This document shows, piece after piece, positions 20,460 to 29,048 of a stretch of DNA of 64,000 nt. Location of the stretch: assembly GCA_963700885.1 (NCBI GenBank), contig CAVOZJ010000030.1, positions 46,563 through 110,562 on the forward strand. Reading direction: 5' to 3'. The notes beneath the pieces are model-generated. The model worked only from the letters and a program-made list of their open reading frames with translations. It was not told the origin of the DNA and did no database searches. Numbering within the stretch: the first letter of the stretch is position 1; each line of letters begins with the position of its first letter. Position numbers and translations under genes: made by a program. Source of the DNA: an uncultured Alphaproteobacteria bacterium. GTDB lineage: Bacteria; Pseudomonadota; Alphaproteobacteria; Rhizobiales; Aestuariivirgaceae.

Positions 20460-20909
20460 ATGAGCGCGGACCTGCCAGGCGCCGTGCTGTTTTCGTGCTC
20501 GCATAATGCCATTCGCTCGCCAATGGCCGAGGCCATCATGAAACATTATTACGGCCACCGGGTTTTTGTGGACAGTTGCGGTGTGCGTCCCGGCCCGCGC
20601 GACGAGTTCATCATCGAGGTGCTCGACGAGATCGGCATCGACATATCCAGGCATGTGGCCAAATCCTTCGATGATCTTGTTGATTCCAGTTTTGACCTGG
20701 TGATCTCCCTGTCTCCGGAAGCCCATCACAAGGCCATGGAACTGACCCGGACCATGGCCGTTGAGGTGGCTTACTGGCCTACCATGGACCCGTCGGTGAT
20801 CGCCGGCAGCCGCGACCAGATTCTGGATGGCTATCGCGCCTGCAGGGATCATCTCATCACGCGGATGCGCGAGCGCTTCGGCGAAACCGGCCTGCCGAAA
20901 CTGCGATGA
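20460..20909 (+). CDS. low-molecular-weight protein-tyrosine phosphatase / ArsC-like
   Basis: CX5R(S) loop: VLFSCSHNAIRSPMAEAI. About 150 aa. Confidence 0.75.
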   Translation: MSADLPGAVLFSCSHNAIRSPMAEAIMKHYYGHRVFVDSCGVRPGPRDEFIIEVLDEIGIDISRHVAKSFDDLVDSSFDLVISLSPEAHHKAMELTRTMAVEVAYWPTMDPSVIAGSRDQILDGYRACRDHLITRMRERFGETGLPKLR

Positions 20910-21014
20910 ATTTACTGACAGGTTTTTGCAGTGCTGGACAATTGCCTGGAATTTGTAGCACATACCGCATCATCACACATTGACGCTTCCAGCAGGGTTC
21001 ATAAGGTTCAGGAC

Positions 21015-21641
21015 ATGGCGATTTCCGATGCAAAACTGGTACTGGCCAGCGCCTCACCGCGCAGGCTGTCACTGATTGAACAGGTCGGCATATACCCCGA
21101 CCTGCTCAACCCGGTGGACATTGACGAAACCCAGCTGAAACGCGAATCCCCCAGGGCTCTTTCGCTGCGGCTGGCGCGCGAGAAGGTGCAGGCCGCGCGC
21201 GCCGCACCCCTGGTGCGCAGCCTGGGCGACAACGTCTTCGTCCTGGCCGCCGATACCGTGGTCAGCGTTGGCCGGCGGGTCATCGGCCAGCCGCAGTCGA
21301 CTGACGAGGCTCGCGATGCGCTGCGGCTGTTGTCCGGGCGCTCGCACCGGGTGTTCACCACCATTGCCGTGGTGTCGCCCGACGGGCGCGAGCGGTCAAG
21401 GGTGGTGGATACCAAGGTTCGCTTCAAGCGGCTGGTTCGCCAGGACATGGATGCCTACCTGATCAGCGACGAGTGGCGCGGCAAGGCAGGCGGTTATGCC
21501 ATCCAGGGCAAGGCATCGGCCTTTGTGCGCTGGATGAGCGGGTCCTACAGTTGCGTCGTTGGCCTGCCGCTGCATGAAACAGTGCAGATGCTGCAGGCAG
21601 GCGGATATCCGATTTACGGCAAATGGCAGTCGGAGACCTGA
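21015..21641 (+). CDS. maf: Maf-like nucleoside triphosphate pyrophosphatase
   Basis: [19 protein letters not shown]...LAADTVV...[10 protein letters not shown]. Confidence 0.85.
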   Translation: MAISDAKLVLASASPRRLSLIEQVGIYPDLLNPVDIDETQLKRESPRALSLRLAREKVQAARAAPLVRSLGDNVFVLAADTVVSVGRRVIGQPQSTDEARDALRLLSGRSHRVFTTIAVVSPDGRERSRVVDTKVRFKRLVRQDMDAYLISDEWRGKAGGYAIQGKASAFVRWMSGSYSCVVGLPLHETVQMLQAGGYPIYGKWQSET

Positions 21642-21642
21642 C

Positions 21643-21897
21643 ATGGGCGATGCTGAAGGTAACGCAGGAAAGAACCCCGAACCGCCGGTCCGGTTGCGCA
21701 CGAGGCGTCCGTGTCCGCTGTGCCGGCAGCCATCCAAGCAGAAGTATCATCCGTTCTGTTCGGCACGGTGCGCCGACATCGACCTGCACCGCTGGCTCGG
21801 CGGCCAGTATGCCATCCCCGCGGCCGATCCACCCGATTTTGACGAGACCGCAGAGACCCCGGACGGACGGCGCGACGACGGCGACGAGGGCGCATGA
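21643..21897 (+). CDS. yacG: DNA gyrase inhibitor YacG (zinc finger)
   Basis: [36 protein letters not shown]. The start lies directly after the maf stop. Confidence 0.8.
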   Translation: MGDAEGNAGKNPEPPVRLRTRRPCPLCRQPSKQKYHPFCSARCADIDLHRWLGGQYAIPAADPPDFDETAETPDGRRDDGDEGA

Positions 21898-22032
21898 CAC
21901 CGGCTTGCGGTGACATTCGCGTGGCGCTTTGGAAAACCGTCACAAACTATGCCGGTTGACGCTGGACAGGGGCAGGGTGATCACCTATAAACCGCTGCGG
22001 TCGCATGAGGATTCTCAGGGCGCACCCTTGAT

Positions 22033-22108
<76 letters not shown>

Positions 22109-22184
22109 TTTCTCCATAAAATCAATAGCTTAATAACTGAACCAATCTCCTTGTATGTAGCAATTTACTTTCATACAATTACAT

Positions 22185-22754
22185 ATGTCTAGTCGCACTT
22201 CTCCGTACGATCTGTCGTCGATCCGTGGATATCCTGACACGCTGCAAATTTATCGGATTGCTGCATCACGATTTTGGCAGGTCAGGCTGTTTGTTGGACG
22301 CAAATATCTTCGTAAGTCCACCAAGTGTGAAAACAAGGCAGATGCAATCAATTTCGCCAAGTCCTTCTTTGATGACGTGAAACTTTCCCAACGGATGAAC
22401 TTCGATGTTCACCGTGACACGTTTGCTGCATGTGCAAACAAATTGATGGAGAGACAGGAAGGAAAAGTTGGCCGTGAGGAACGTGACGGTCGATTGCTCA
22501 GTGAAGATCGCAAGAAACTGAACAAGGACATCCTGCCGTTCTTTGGTCTGAAGGCAGTAGCCGACATCACATCACAGATGATTGACGACTATGTTGATCA
22601 TCTCTCAAGTGAACGGAAGTTGTCCCCTTCAACTCTGAACAAGCATCTGGTCGTCATCAGGAAGGTGCTGAACGAGGCAAGACGTAGAGGTTTTCTTCAG
22701 TCCATTCCGCCAATTTCAACGGTGAAAAGAAAAGACAATCCGTGCTGTGTCTGA
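22185..22754 (+). pseudogene. tyrosine integrase, N-terminal half only (catalytic domain deleted)
   Basis: AT-rich ORF directly 3' of tRNA-Phe. It carries a SAM-like/core-binding segment (ITSQMIDDYVDHLSSERKLSPSTLNKHLVVIRKVLNEARRRGF...VKRKDNP). It then ends abruptly, and no R..HxxR..Y catalytic domain follows. Confidence 0.65.
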
Positions 22755-22966
22755 TCGCGCTGTTCACACACAACCACGCGTTCTGGATCGCCGGCCTGCT
22801 GCTTGCGCTTATCCCGATCCCGGACTTCTCGACCCCGATATCGTCGATGGCGCATTCACTCGGCCGGATGGCCGGCGGTGAAAGTGGCGGGCAGGCCTGG
22901 GAAGGGGACCAGCCGTCGCCATCTGCCAAGGCGCCGCAAAGCGCCGGCAACGCACCCGGAGAGTGA
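22742..22966 (+). pseudogene. DUF3302 (YiaW-like) small membrane protein, N-terminally truncated
   Basis: LIALFTHNHAFWIAGLLLALIP resembles the HPHADAIHVAGWVSLF core of YiaW-type proteins. It lies immediately upstream of a HlyD-type gene, as in yiaW-yiaV. There is no ATG, and the GC content jumps at about 22740. Confidence 0.4.
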
Positions 22967-22969
22967 CGC

Positions 22970-24199
22970 ATGCTCGAACTTCTGCTCTGCTCTTCAATCA
23001 CGGTCCTGCCGGACTATCTCTACAGACGATATGTGCAGGGCAAGCGGGTCGGGCACGAGATCACGCTTTTCTCGGTCTGGTATGAACTGCGTTGGGGCAT
23101 CACGCTGTGCCTGATCCTCACCGTCAGCCTGATCACCGCAATCTTCTACTACCATCCCTCGACCATGGCAGCGACGTCGGTTTTCCGCACCGTCACTATT
23201 TTGCCAGAAACCAACGGGCGGGTGGCAGAGACCTATGTCGAGATCAATCAGGCCGTGAAGGCCGGCGATCCATTGTTCCGGCTCGACGATGTCAAGCAGA
23301 AGGCAGCGGTCGAGACTGCCTCACGGAAAGTCGCGGAAATCGACGCGCAATTGACCGTCGCGCGGGCGCAACTCAGGGAAGCCGATGGGCGAATCACGCA
23401 GGCGAAGGGCTTGCTCACACAGGCTCAGGATGAATCCGCAGGCCGCGACCTGCTGATGGCCCGCAACTCTGCGGCGATCTCCAGGCGCGAGGTCGAGAGG
23501 GCACGGGTAACAGTCGACACCCAGCAGGGCGCAGTCGATGCCGCAATCGCCAGTCGCGATGCGCTGAACGCAAAGATCGAGTTCCAACTGCCCGCGGAGA
23601 AGGCCACCGCCGAGGCCGAACTTTCCCAGGCCAGGATCGAGCTTGACAAGACGCTGGTCACAGCCGGTACGGACGGCATCGTGCAGCAGTTCGCCCTGCG
23701 CCCGGGCGACGTGGTCAACCCGATGCTTCGTCCGGCCGGGATAATGGTTCCCAAGCGCAAGGTCACGGCGCTTGCGGCAGGTTTCGGCCAGATCGAAGCG
23801 CAGGTTATAAAGCCAGGTATGATCGGCGAAGTGGCCTGCATGGCTCTGCCATGGCAGATCATTCCGATGGTGGTGACCGAGGTGCAGAACGTCATTGCGT
23901 CCGGCCAGGTCCGCCCGACTGACCAACTTGTCGACATACAGCAGATGGGACGGTCGGGAACCATCACCGTGATCATGGAACCGCTGTTCGAAGGCGCCCT
24001 GGACGCACTGCCGCAAGGGGCCAGCTGCATCGCCAATGCCTATACCAGCAACCACGACCGCATGGAGGACGAAAACCTCGGGTTCTTCCACCGCCTTGCA
24101 CTTCACGCCATTGATGCTGTTGGGATAGTCCATGCAATGATATTGCGGATACAGACAATTCTGCTGCCCGTCCAGACCCTTGTTCTCAAGGGGCATTGA
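22970..24199 (+). CDS. HlyD family secretion/adaptor protein (YiaV-like, inner-membrane anchored)
   Basis: 409 aa. N-terminal TM helices, a lipoyl-like motif (GRVAETYVEINQAVKAGDPLFRLDD), a long coiled coil and a beta-barrel (LVTAGTDGIVQQFALRPGDVV). Confidence 0.8.
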   Translation: MLELLLCSSITVLPDYLYRRYVQGKRVGHEITLFSVWYELRWGITLCLILTVSLITAIFYYHPSTMAATSVFRTVTILPETNGRVAETYVEINQAVKAGDPLFRLDDVKQKAAVETASRKVAEIDAQLTVARAQLREADGRITQAKGLLTQAQDESAGRDLLMARNSAAISRREVERARVTVDTQQGAVDAAIASRDALNAKIEFQLPAEKATAEAELSQARIELDKTLVTAGTDGIVQQFALRPGDVVNPMLRPAGIMVPKRKVTALAAGFGQIEAQVIKPGMIGEVACMALPWQIIPMVVTEVQNVIASGQVRPTDQLVDIQQMGRSGTITVIMEPLFEGALDALPQGASCIANAYTSNHDRMEDENLGFFHRLALHAIDAVGIVHAMILRIQTILLPVQTLVLKGH

Positions 24200-24617
24200 T
24201 CACTCCAGAAGGAAAAACAAAAGGGCACATCGCGTATTTGGCCTTCGGCCTCACGGTCACATCAGGCGCACTGGTATTTGCGGCTGATCTGGACCCGCAC
24301 ATCGCCCCTCCCGAAGGCTGGACCAAGACCTTCTATGGCTGGCTCAAACTGACCTCGACGGATCCGATTTCGTGACGGGCGGAACTTCATCGCAGGCGTG
24401 GGGCGTTGAAGCGGCGCGGCATTTCGACAGCACGGCCATTGAAGCCTGTGTGGGCTGCCGGGCCCATCAGCATAATGGCGGCTTGTGTGTTGCCCTCGGC
24501 AGCAGGTTTTCGAAATCAATTGGCAGCAACACCGCGAGTGGCTATCATCTGAAAGATGCTCCAGGTGGTGAAATTTGCAGCATAGGCGGATTTTGCGCTA
24601 TCATTCCTGATCAGTGA
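24196..24617 (+). other. possible frameshifted secreted Cys-rich protein or gene remnant
   Basis: A TTG at 24196 overlaps the HlyD stop and gives a 59-codon ORF with a signal-like LAFGLTVTSGALVFAADL...TSTDPIS*. A -1 frame then continues from 24372 as VTGGTSSQAW...ACVGCRAHQHNGGLC...CSIGGFCAIIPDQ. Confidence 0.25.
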
Positions 24618-24629
24618 GGAGACGTAAGA

Positions 24630-25064
24630 ATGTCGATCGCGGTATTTTTTCAAGGTGCGAAGAAAAGCACGGCATCCTGTTCCGTACACACACAGGTCCT
24701 GTCAGCAGTCTATCTGATGGTGGAACTGGGAGTGAATGCGCTGGCCGTCCTGGACAGGGAAGACAGGATAGCAGGCATCATAACCGATCACGACGTGATG
24801 CGGGGACTTGTCGCCCACAAGGGAAATCTCGGCAGCGAAGTTGTAGCAAACTGGATGACCAAGAACGTGATCACCTGTTCAAAGGACATGGAACTCGGTG
24901 CAGCGGTCAGCATGATGGCCAGGCATCACATCCGCCACCTGGTTGTTGCCGAGAATCATCGGCTGCTTGGCATTGTCGGGATCAGGGAATTGCTCGCCAG
25001 GGTGCACAACGATGATGAACTAGAAAAACAGGTGTTGCGGGATATAGCTATCGCTGCCCGTTAA
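24630..25064 (+). CDS. CBS domain pair protein
   Basis: 144 aa with two CBS repeats (ALAVLDREDRIAGIITDHDVMR; HHIRHLVVAENHRLLGIVGIRELL). Confidence 0.8.
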   Translation: MSIAVFFQGAKKSTASCSVHTQVLSAVYLMVELGVNALAVLDREDRIAGIITDHDVMRGLVAHKGNLGSEVVANWMTKNVITCSKDMELGAAVSMMARHHIRHLVVAENHRLLGIVGIRELLARVHNDDELEKQVLRDIAIAAR

Positions 25065-25400
25065 ATCCCTCAACCCTTCCAAAATTTAATGCGCCGGACA
25101 TGCTGCGTACAGATACCGGACGCTATAAGCAGCACCAGCCTTATAAGGCGCCATGGGAGGAAGTCCAGAGGCTTGGAACCAACTGAGCCCTGGGCTCGGC
25201 GTCTGGTATTCCGGTTCAGCCAACCTCGCCAACCCGCATGACCACGAAATCATTGCCGGTTCTGGTTGCCGGATGGGCCGGCAGATCCGTAATCACGAAA
25301 GTCGAACCCGGGTGCAGGTTTTCGGAGATCTTCCTGCTGGCTTCGTGCGGAATGACAACCCTCCTGGCCGTCGCCAGTTCGTAAAATGCCCGGATTTTCG

Positions 25401-25844
25401 TTAATCCAGTGAAATTTGCAGCGCTTCAATGTTCACGGAGTCTCCACCCTGGATGCCATTTGGCGTAAAGACCAGCTGAACACCTTGACCATTGACGGCA
25501 ATCACATTGCTGAATCGATCGCCAAAGGACAATGAGCCGCCTTCTCCCGAGTATGTTCCCTCGATGTCAGATACCTGGCGGAGGTTGCGGACCTCACCTT
25601 CAAGCCTCACCTTTGCCATGCCGACAACCCCACCGCCGCCCACTCCGTCAGCCCTCACTGCATGGCTTTGACCGTCGCAGGTCAGTGTTCCCTGTCCACC
25701 TGACGCTCTGGCCCGTTCGGTGATTTCGAGGTTAATCTGGCACGCCATCTGTGCTTGTGCGGGAGACAGCAAGGCCAGTGTCGCAACGCCCAGAAGCAGG
25801 ACATTCCTGGCAAGCCTGCTGCCAGGCTGGATAAATTCGGTCAC
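25401..25844 (-). CDS. secreted hypothetical protein (about 147 aa)
   Basis: GTG at 25844 is preceded by AGGAG with an 8-nt spacer. Signal peptide RLARNVLLLGVATLALLSPAQAQ. Gly-rich beta-type body (GTLTCDG..., GGGGVVGMAKVRLEGEV). The upstream part of the 264-aa track ORF looks non-coding. Confidence 0.55.
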   Translation of the reverse strand: MTEFIQPGSRLARNVLLLGVATLALLSPAQAQMACQINLEITERARASGGQGTLTCDGQSHAVRADGVGGGGVVGMAKVRLEGEVRNLRQVSDIEGTYSGEGGSLSFGDRFSNVIAVNGQGVQLVFTPNGIQGGDSVNIEALQISLD

Positions 25845-26112
25845 GCAAATAACTCCTGGTTGATGGAAGGTTTGATACCGGCATTTCCATATGCACCGGC
25901 AATCGGGCCGCAGTTTGGCCGATTTCGACTTTCCTGACAAGACTGTGCACTGGAGCCGGTGCGGTAGCATTTTACAGGTCAGAATGTCCTCCGGGCTGCA
26001 CCGGAAAGTGCCGGTCTGGTATAAAGTTGCTTGCACTTTGGAGACGGTCAGGTTCATGATTGCCGGGGCTGCAGACTTAAACTCCGGTTCCAGCCGATAT
26101 CGGGACAACCCA

Positions 26113-26865
26113 ATGGATTCAAAAAAAGCTGCGCCGTCGCAACCAAACCGGGCGTCGAACCGCGCCGGGCTTGCAAAACGGGCAGTCTTCGTCATGGCCG
26201 GTGTGCTGGCATTGTACCTTGCGGCAGCCTATCTGGTCGTGCCGTTTGCGTGGAAACAGTACGCTGACCGCCACCCGGCATTCGATGATAATCCGAGGAT
26301 CACGCAAACGGCGGACGGTCACCCGGGAGGTCCGCTGAACGTCGCCCTGATTGGAACGGAAGCAGAAGTGGCAGCAATCTTGGCGGCGGCCGGATGGTAT
26401 GCTGCCGATCCGCTCGGCCTGAAAAGTGACGTGGAGATAGCTGCCGATACCGTGTTTGAGAAACCGGATGACAAGGCGCCGGTCAGCGACCTGTATCTGT
26501 TCGGGCGCAAGGAAGACCTCGCGTTCGAGCAACCTGTTGGCGGCGATCCGCGCAAGCGCAACCACGTCCGCTTCTGGCGCAACGGCAAAACCGGCAAGGA
26601 CGGCCGCCCGATCTGGATTGGAGCCGCCTCGTATGACGAACGGGTTGGCCTCAGCTATACGACCGGCCAGATCACCCATCATGTCGCGCCGGACGTGGAC
26701 AGTGAACGCGATCACCTGTTTTCGGACCTGCAGAAAACCGGCGATTTGTCAGGACAGTACAGTATTCCGAAATTTCACAAGGTACTGGAAGGACGCAATG
26801 GCGGCGGTGATCCCTGGTATACAGATGGCGCCCTGTGGGTCGGAACCATCGCACCAGGTAAATGA
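26113..26865 (+). CDS. LssY C-terminal domain-containing membrane protein
   Basis: MDSKKAAP... TM anchor (VFVMAGVLALYLAAAYLVV). Then PLNVALIG...DLYLFGRKEDLAFEQPVGGDPRKRNHVRFW...PIWIGAASYD...HHVAPDVDSERD, as remembered for LssY_C proteins. Confidence 0.6.
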   Translation: MDSKKAAPSQPNRASNRAGLAKRAVFVMAGVLALYLAAAYLVVPFAWKQYADRHPAFDDNPRITQTADGHPGGPLNVALIGTEAEVAAILAAAGWYAADPLGLKSDVEIAADTVFEKPDDKAPVSDLYLFGRKEDLAFEQPVGGDPRKRNHVRFWRNGKTGKDGRPIWIGAASYDERVGLSYTTGQITHHVAPDVDSERDHLFSDLQKTGDLSGQYSIPKFHKVLEGRNGGGDPWYTDGALWVGTIAPGK

Positions 26866-26885
26866 TGACGGACCGGAAATACCGC

Positions 26886-26916
26886 GCACCCGGCAATCAG
26901 AACAATTGCCGGGTGC
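26886..26916. terminator. 12-bp perfect hairpin between convergent genes
   Basis: GCACCCGGCAAT-cagaaca-ATTGCCGGGTGC. There is no clean U-tract on either side. Confidence 0.45.
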
Positions 26917-26946
26917 GATACGCATAACACCTACCGGGACAATTAC

Positions 26947-27045
26947 CTATTTCTTGCCTGCTGGCTTCGCGCTGGGCTTTGCAGTTGGCTTGGGCTTGCC
27001 AGCCGGTTTGTTCATGGCCATTTTTATTGGTCCCTTGTTGCTCAT
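26947..27045 (-). CDS. possible 32-aa Lys/Pro-rich micro-protein
   Basis: Hand translation gives MSNKGPIKMAMNKPAGKPKPTAKPSAKPAGKK*. AAGGTGA lies about 7 nt upstream of the ATG. It is below the ORF-track size cutoff. Confidence 0.25.
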   Translation of the reverse strand: MSNKGPIKMAMNKPAGKPKPTAKPSAKPAGKK

Positions 27046-27243
27046 ACCGGCATCACCTTGTCAGCCGGAACACACTGGAATCTGCGCCTGTTCGATCTAC
27101 CCGTCTATCACTTACTCGACATCGCGCATGTCGAATTTGGATCACTACCAGGCATTGGGATCAATCACCGGTTGCCTGAGACTTTTCAGATCCGGAATAG
27201 TGATTTACTCTGGCTGGAATTTCGGCAGGCTGGAGCAGAGACA

Positions 27244-28059
27244 ATGACGAAAGCGATCAGGGAAGGCGGTACGGCACTGATTACAGGCGCCGCCATGGGC
27301 ATCGGCCGCGCAGCGGCGCTGCGCTGTGCCCGCGAGGGAATGCGCTTGGTGGCGGTGGATTTGATGGAAGACAAGCTGGACAGCCTGTCTGGTGAACTTG
27401 GCGGCTTCACGTCTGAAAGTCAGTTTGTAACGCTGACTGCCGATGTTGGAGTACCCGGGGAAATCGAGCGCATGATTGATGTATGCACACGGCATTTTGG
27501 CGCGCCCGGCTTTTTGATGAACAACGCCGTGACGCGAACCGGTAAAGGTTTTGGGGCCTCGCCGGATGAATGGCGTACAGCGATGGACGTCAATTTCTGG
27601 GCTATTGTCGAGACCTGCCGGCTTCTCATCCCGGAAATGAAGAAGAAGGGTGGTGCAATTGTCAATGTCGGTTCCAAACAGGGGATAACCAACCCGCCGG
27701 GCCACCCCATATACAACATCACCAAATCTGCACTGAAAACCTACACAGAATTGCTTGAGCACGAATTGCGCAATCAGGACGGCCCGCCTCTGACAGCACA
27801 TCTGCTCATTCCCGGATGGACCACAACCGGCGAATCGCAGCATCGTCCGGGCGCCTGGCTTCCCGATCAGGTCGTGGACATGATGGTCGACGCAGTGCAG
27901 GCGGGAACTTTTTATATTCTCTGCCCTGATGATGAAACAACCGGGGAAATGGATCGCCAGCGTATCCTCTGGGGTGCCGGAGATATCGTTGAGGGCCGCC
28001 CTCCGCTTTCGCGTTGGCACCAGGACTGGAAAGCGGCCGCCAGGAAAGCCGGAACCTAG
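27244..28059 (+). CDS. short-chain dehydrogenase/reductase (SDR)
   Basis: TALITGAAMGIGRAAAL (TGxxxGxG), NNAV, and the catalytic YNITKSAL (YxxxK). GGAGCAGAGACA lies upstream of the ATG at 27244. Confidence 0.85.
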   Translation: MTKAIREGGTALITGAAMGIGRAAALRCAREGMRLVAVDLMEDKLDSLSGELGGFTSESQFVTLTADVGVPGEIERMIDVCTRHFGAPGFLMNNAVTRTGKGFGASPDEWRTAMDVNFWAIVETCRLLIPEMKKKGGAIVNVGSKQGITNPPGHPIYNITKSALKTYTELLEHELRNQDGPPLTAHLLIPGWTTTGESQHRPGAWLPDQVVDMMVDAVQAGTFYILCPDDETTGEMDRQRILWGAGDIVEGRPPLSRWHQDWKAAARKAGT

Positions 28060-28212
28060 CCTTGCCACCGTACCCGGCTGTTTTCGAGTGACAGGGCTGG
28101 ATCGGGCGAACGCTTGGTTGCATCAACCACGAAGACTGAGCCACCGCACTCTCTTGCGAGTCTTGGGAAATTCATGCAGGTTTTTGCAGGCCAATACAGC
28201 AAGGCAAACGGG

Positions 28213-28290
28213 ATGGATGAACTCTCTGCTAGATATCTCACCACGAAGGAGCTGGCCGATCTTTTGCGGATAAAGGAGCGGAAGGTATGA
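28213..28290 (+). pseudogene. 25-codon stub of an excisionase/MerR-type HTH gene
   Basis: MDELSARYLTTKELADLLRIKERKV* matches the start of the LTTKEVAELLRIKERKVYDL-type HTH. It terminates exactly where AT-rich DNA begins. Confidence 0.45.
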
Positions 28291-28571
28291 TCTCGAGCAG
28301 GTCAGCGTCCATTGCCGCCACCAGGTCAAATGCCAGTCGAAACGCTACTGCAAATTCCTGCATAATTACGCAATTTATGATTATTATTCGGGAGTATCAT
28401 TCTATTGCACCAGAATTTGCATTGCAACATCCATCAATGCAAACAGGAATCAATGAAATACCCTCGCTGCATGACACTTTTTCCGCGCTGAGCGATAGTA
28501 TGAAGGCTGCAACCAGCGATAATATGAAGGCTGCGGCGACACCAGTGTTTGCATTAACAAGGAAATCCCGA

Positions 28572-28982
28572 ATGAAAAGATACAGTTATCTGGTTGGCCT
28601 GCTGGCAATGTGTGCCGTCAACCCTGCAGGTGCGCAAATGTCGGCTGAGGTCAAGTTTCAGCCAGGCGATTACGGCACGATGATCAGCGGTACAATCGAA
28701 GGAGATGAATATTTCGACTACAAGCTCGGCGCCAGTAAAGGTCAGGAACTGTTCGCCGAAATAGAGGTAGATGGTACCAACGGCAATGGCACTGTCTATT
28801 TCAACATACTGCCACCCGGCAGCCAGGGCGAAGCTATATACATTGGCTCGCAGGATGATGATAATTCCACGACGGTCGAGTTGCCGGAGACCGGAGAATA
28901 CACCATCCGGGTCTACCTGATGGGCAATGACCGGGATACGGGAAAATCCGTTGGTTACAATATAGACGTTTCGATTCAGTAG
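28572..28982 (+). CDS. PliG-like periplasmic inhibitor of g-type lysozyme (secreted, about 136 aa)
   Basis: Signal peptide MKRYSYLVGLLAMCAVNPAGAQ. VKFQPGDYGTMISGTIEGDEYFDYKLGASKGQELFAEIE...LPETGEYTIRVYLMGNDRDTGKSVGYNIDVSIQ parallels my recollection of E. coli PliG/YcgK (VEFRKG...G.I.GYDYDTY.F.AKKGQ...LPASGKYELRV...YNVDIQI). AAGGA RBS. Confidence 0.55.
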   Translation: MKRYSYLVGLLAMCAVNPAGAQMSAEVKFQPGDYGTMISGTIEGDEYFDYKLGASKGQELFAEIEVDGTNGNGTVYFNILPPGSQGEAIYIGSQDDDNSTTVELPETGEYTIRVYLMGNDRDTGKSVGYNIDVSIQ

Positions 28983-29048
28983 GCGCATCGCGCTCAACAC
29001 TACTCATTGACCGGGATTGCACGGTAAAGGTTGTCGCACGTGATTGGT

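Noticed and set aside
25100-25400. A minus-strand frame reading ...RRVVIPHEASRKISENLHPGSTFVITDLP...VVMRVGEVG*. It is faintly reminiscent of the C-terminal end of an L,D-transpeptidase. The opposing 83-aa plus ORF (25153..25404) was also considered.
   Set aside because: There is no usable start codon and no catalytic HxxxxxxxxxxxxxxxxC-type motif, and the similarity is only impressionistic. This is probably non-coding or a very short remnant.
25845-26195. The N-terminal 117 codons of the 264-aa track ORF (25401..26195).
   Set aside because: The composition is Cys/Arg-rich and non-protein-like. The segment overlaps the divergent LssY-like gene start region. A GTG with a strong AGGAG at 25844 gives a clean signal peptide instead.
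26456-27247. A 263-aa plus-strand ORF that spans the LssY-like gene's 3' end and the following intergenic region.
   Set aside because: It is out of frame with the well-supported LssY_C ORF, is rich in Arg, Ser and Thr, and has no motifs.
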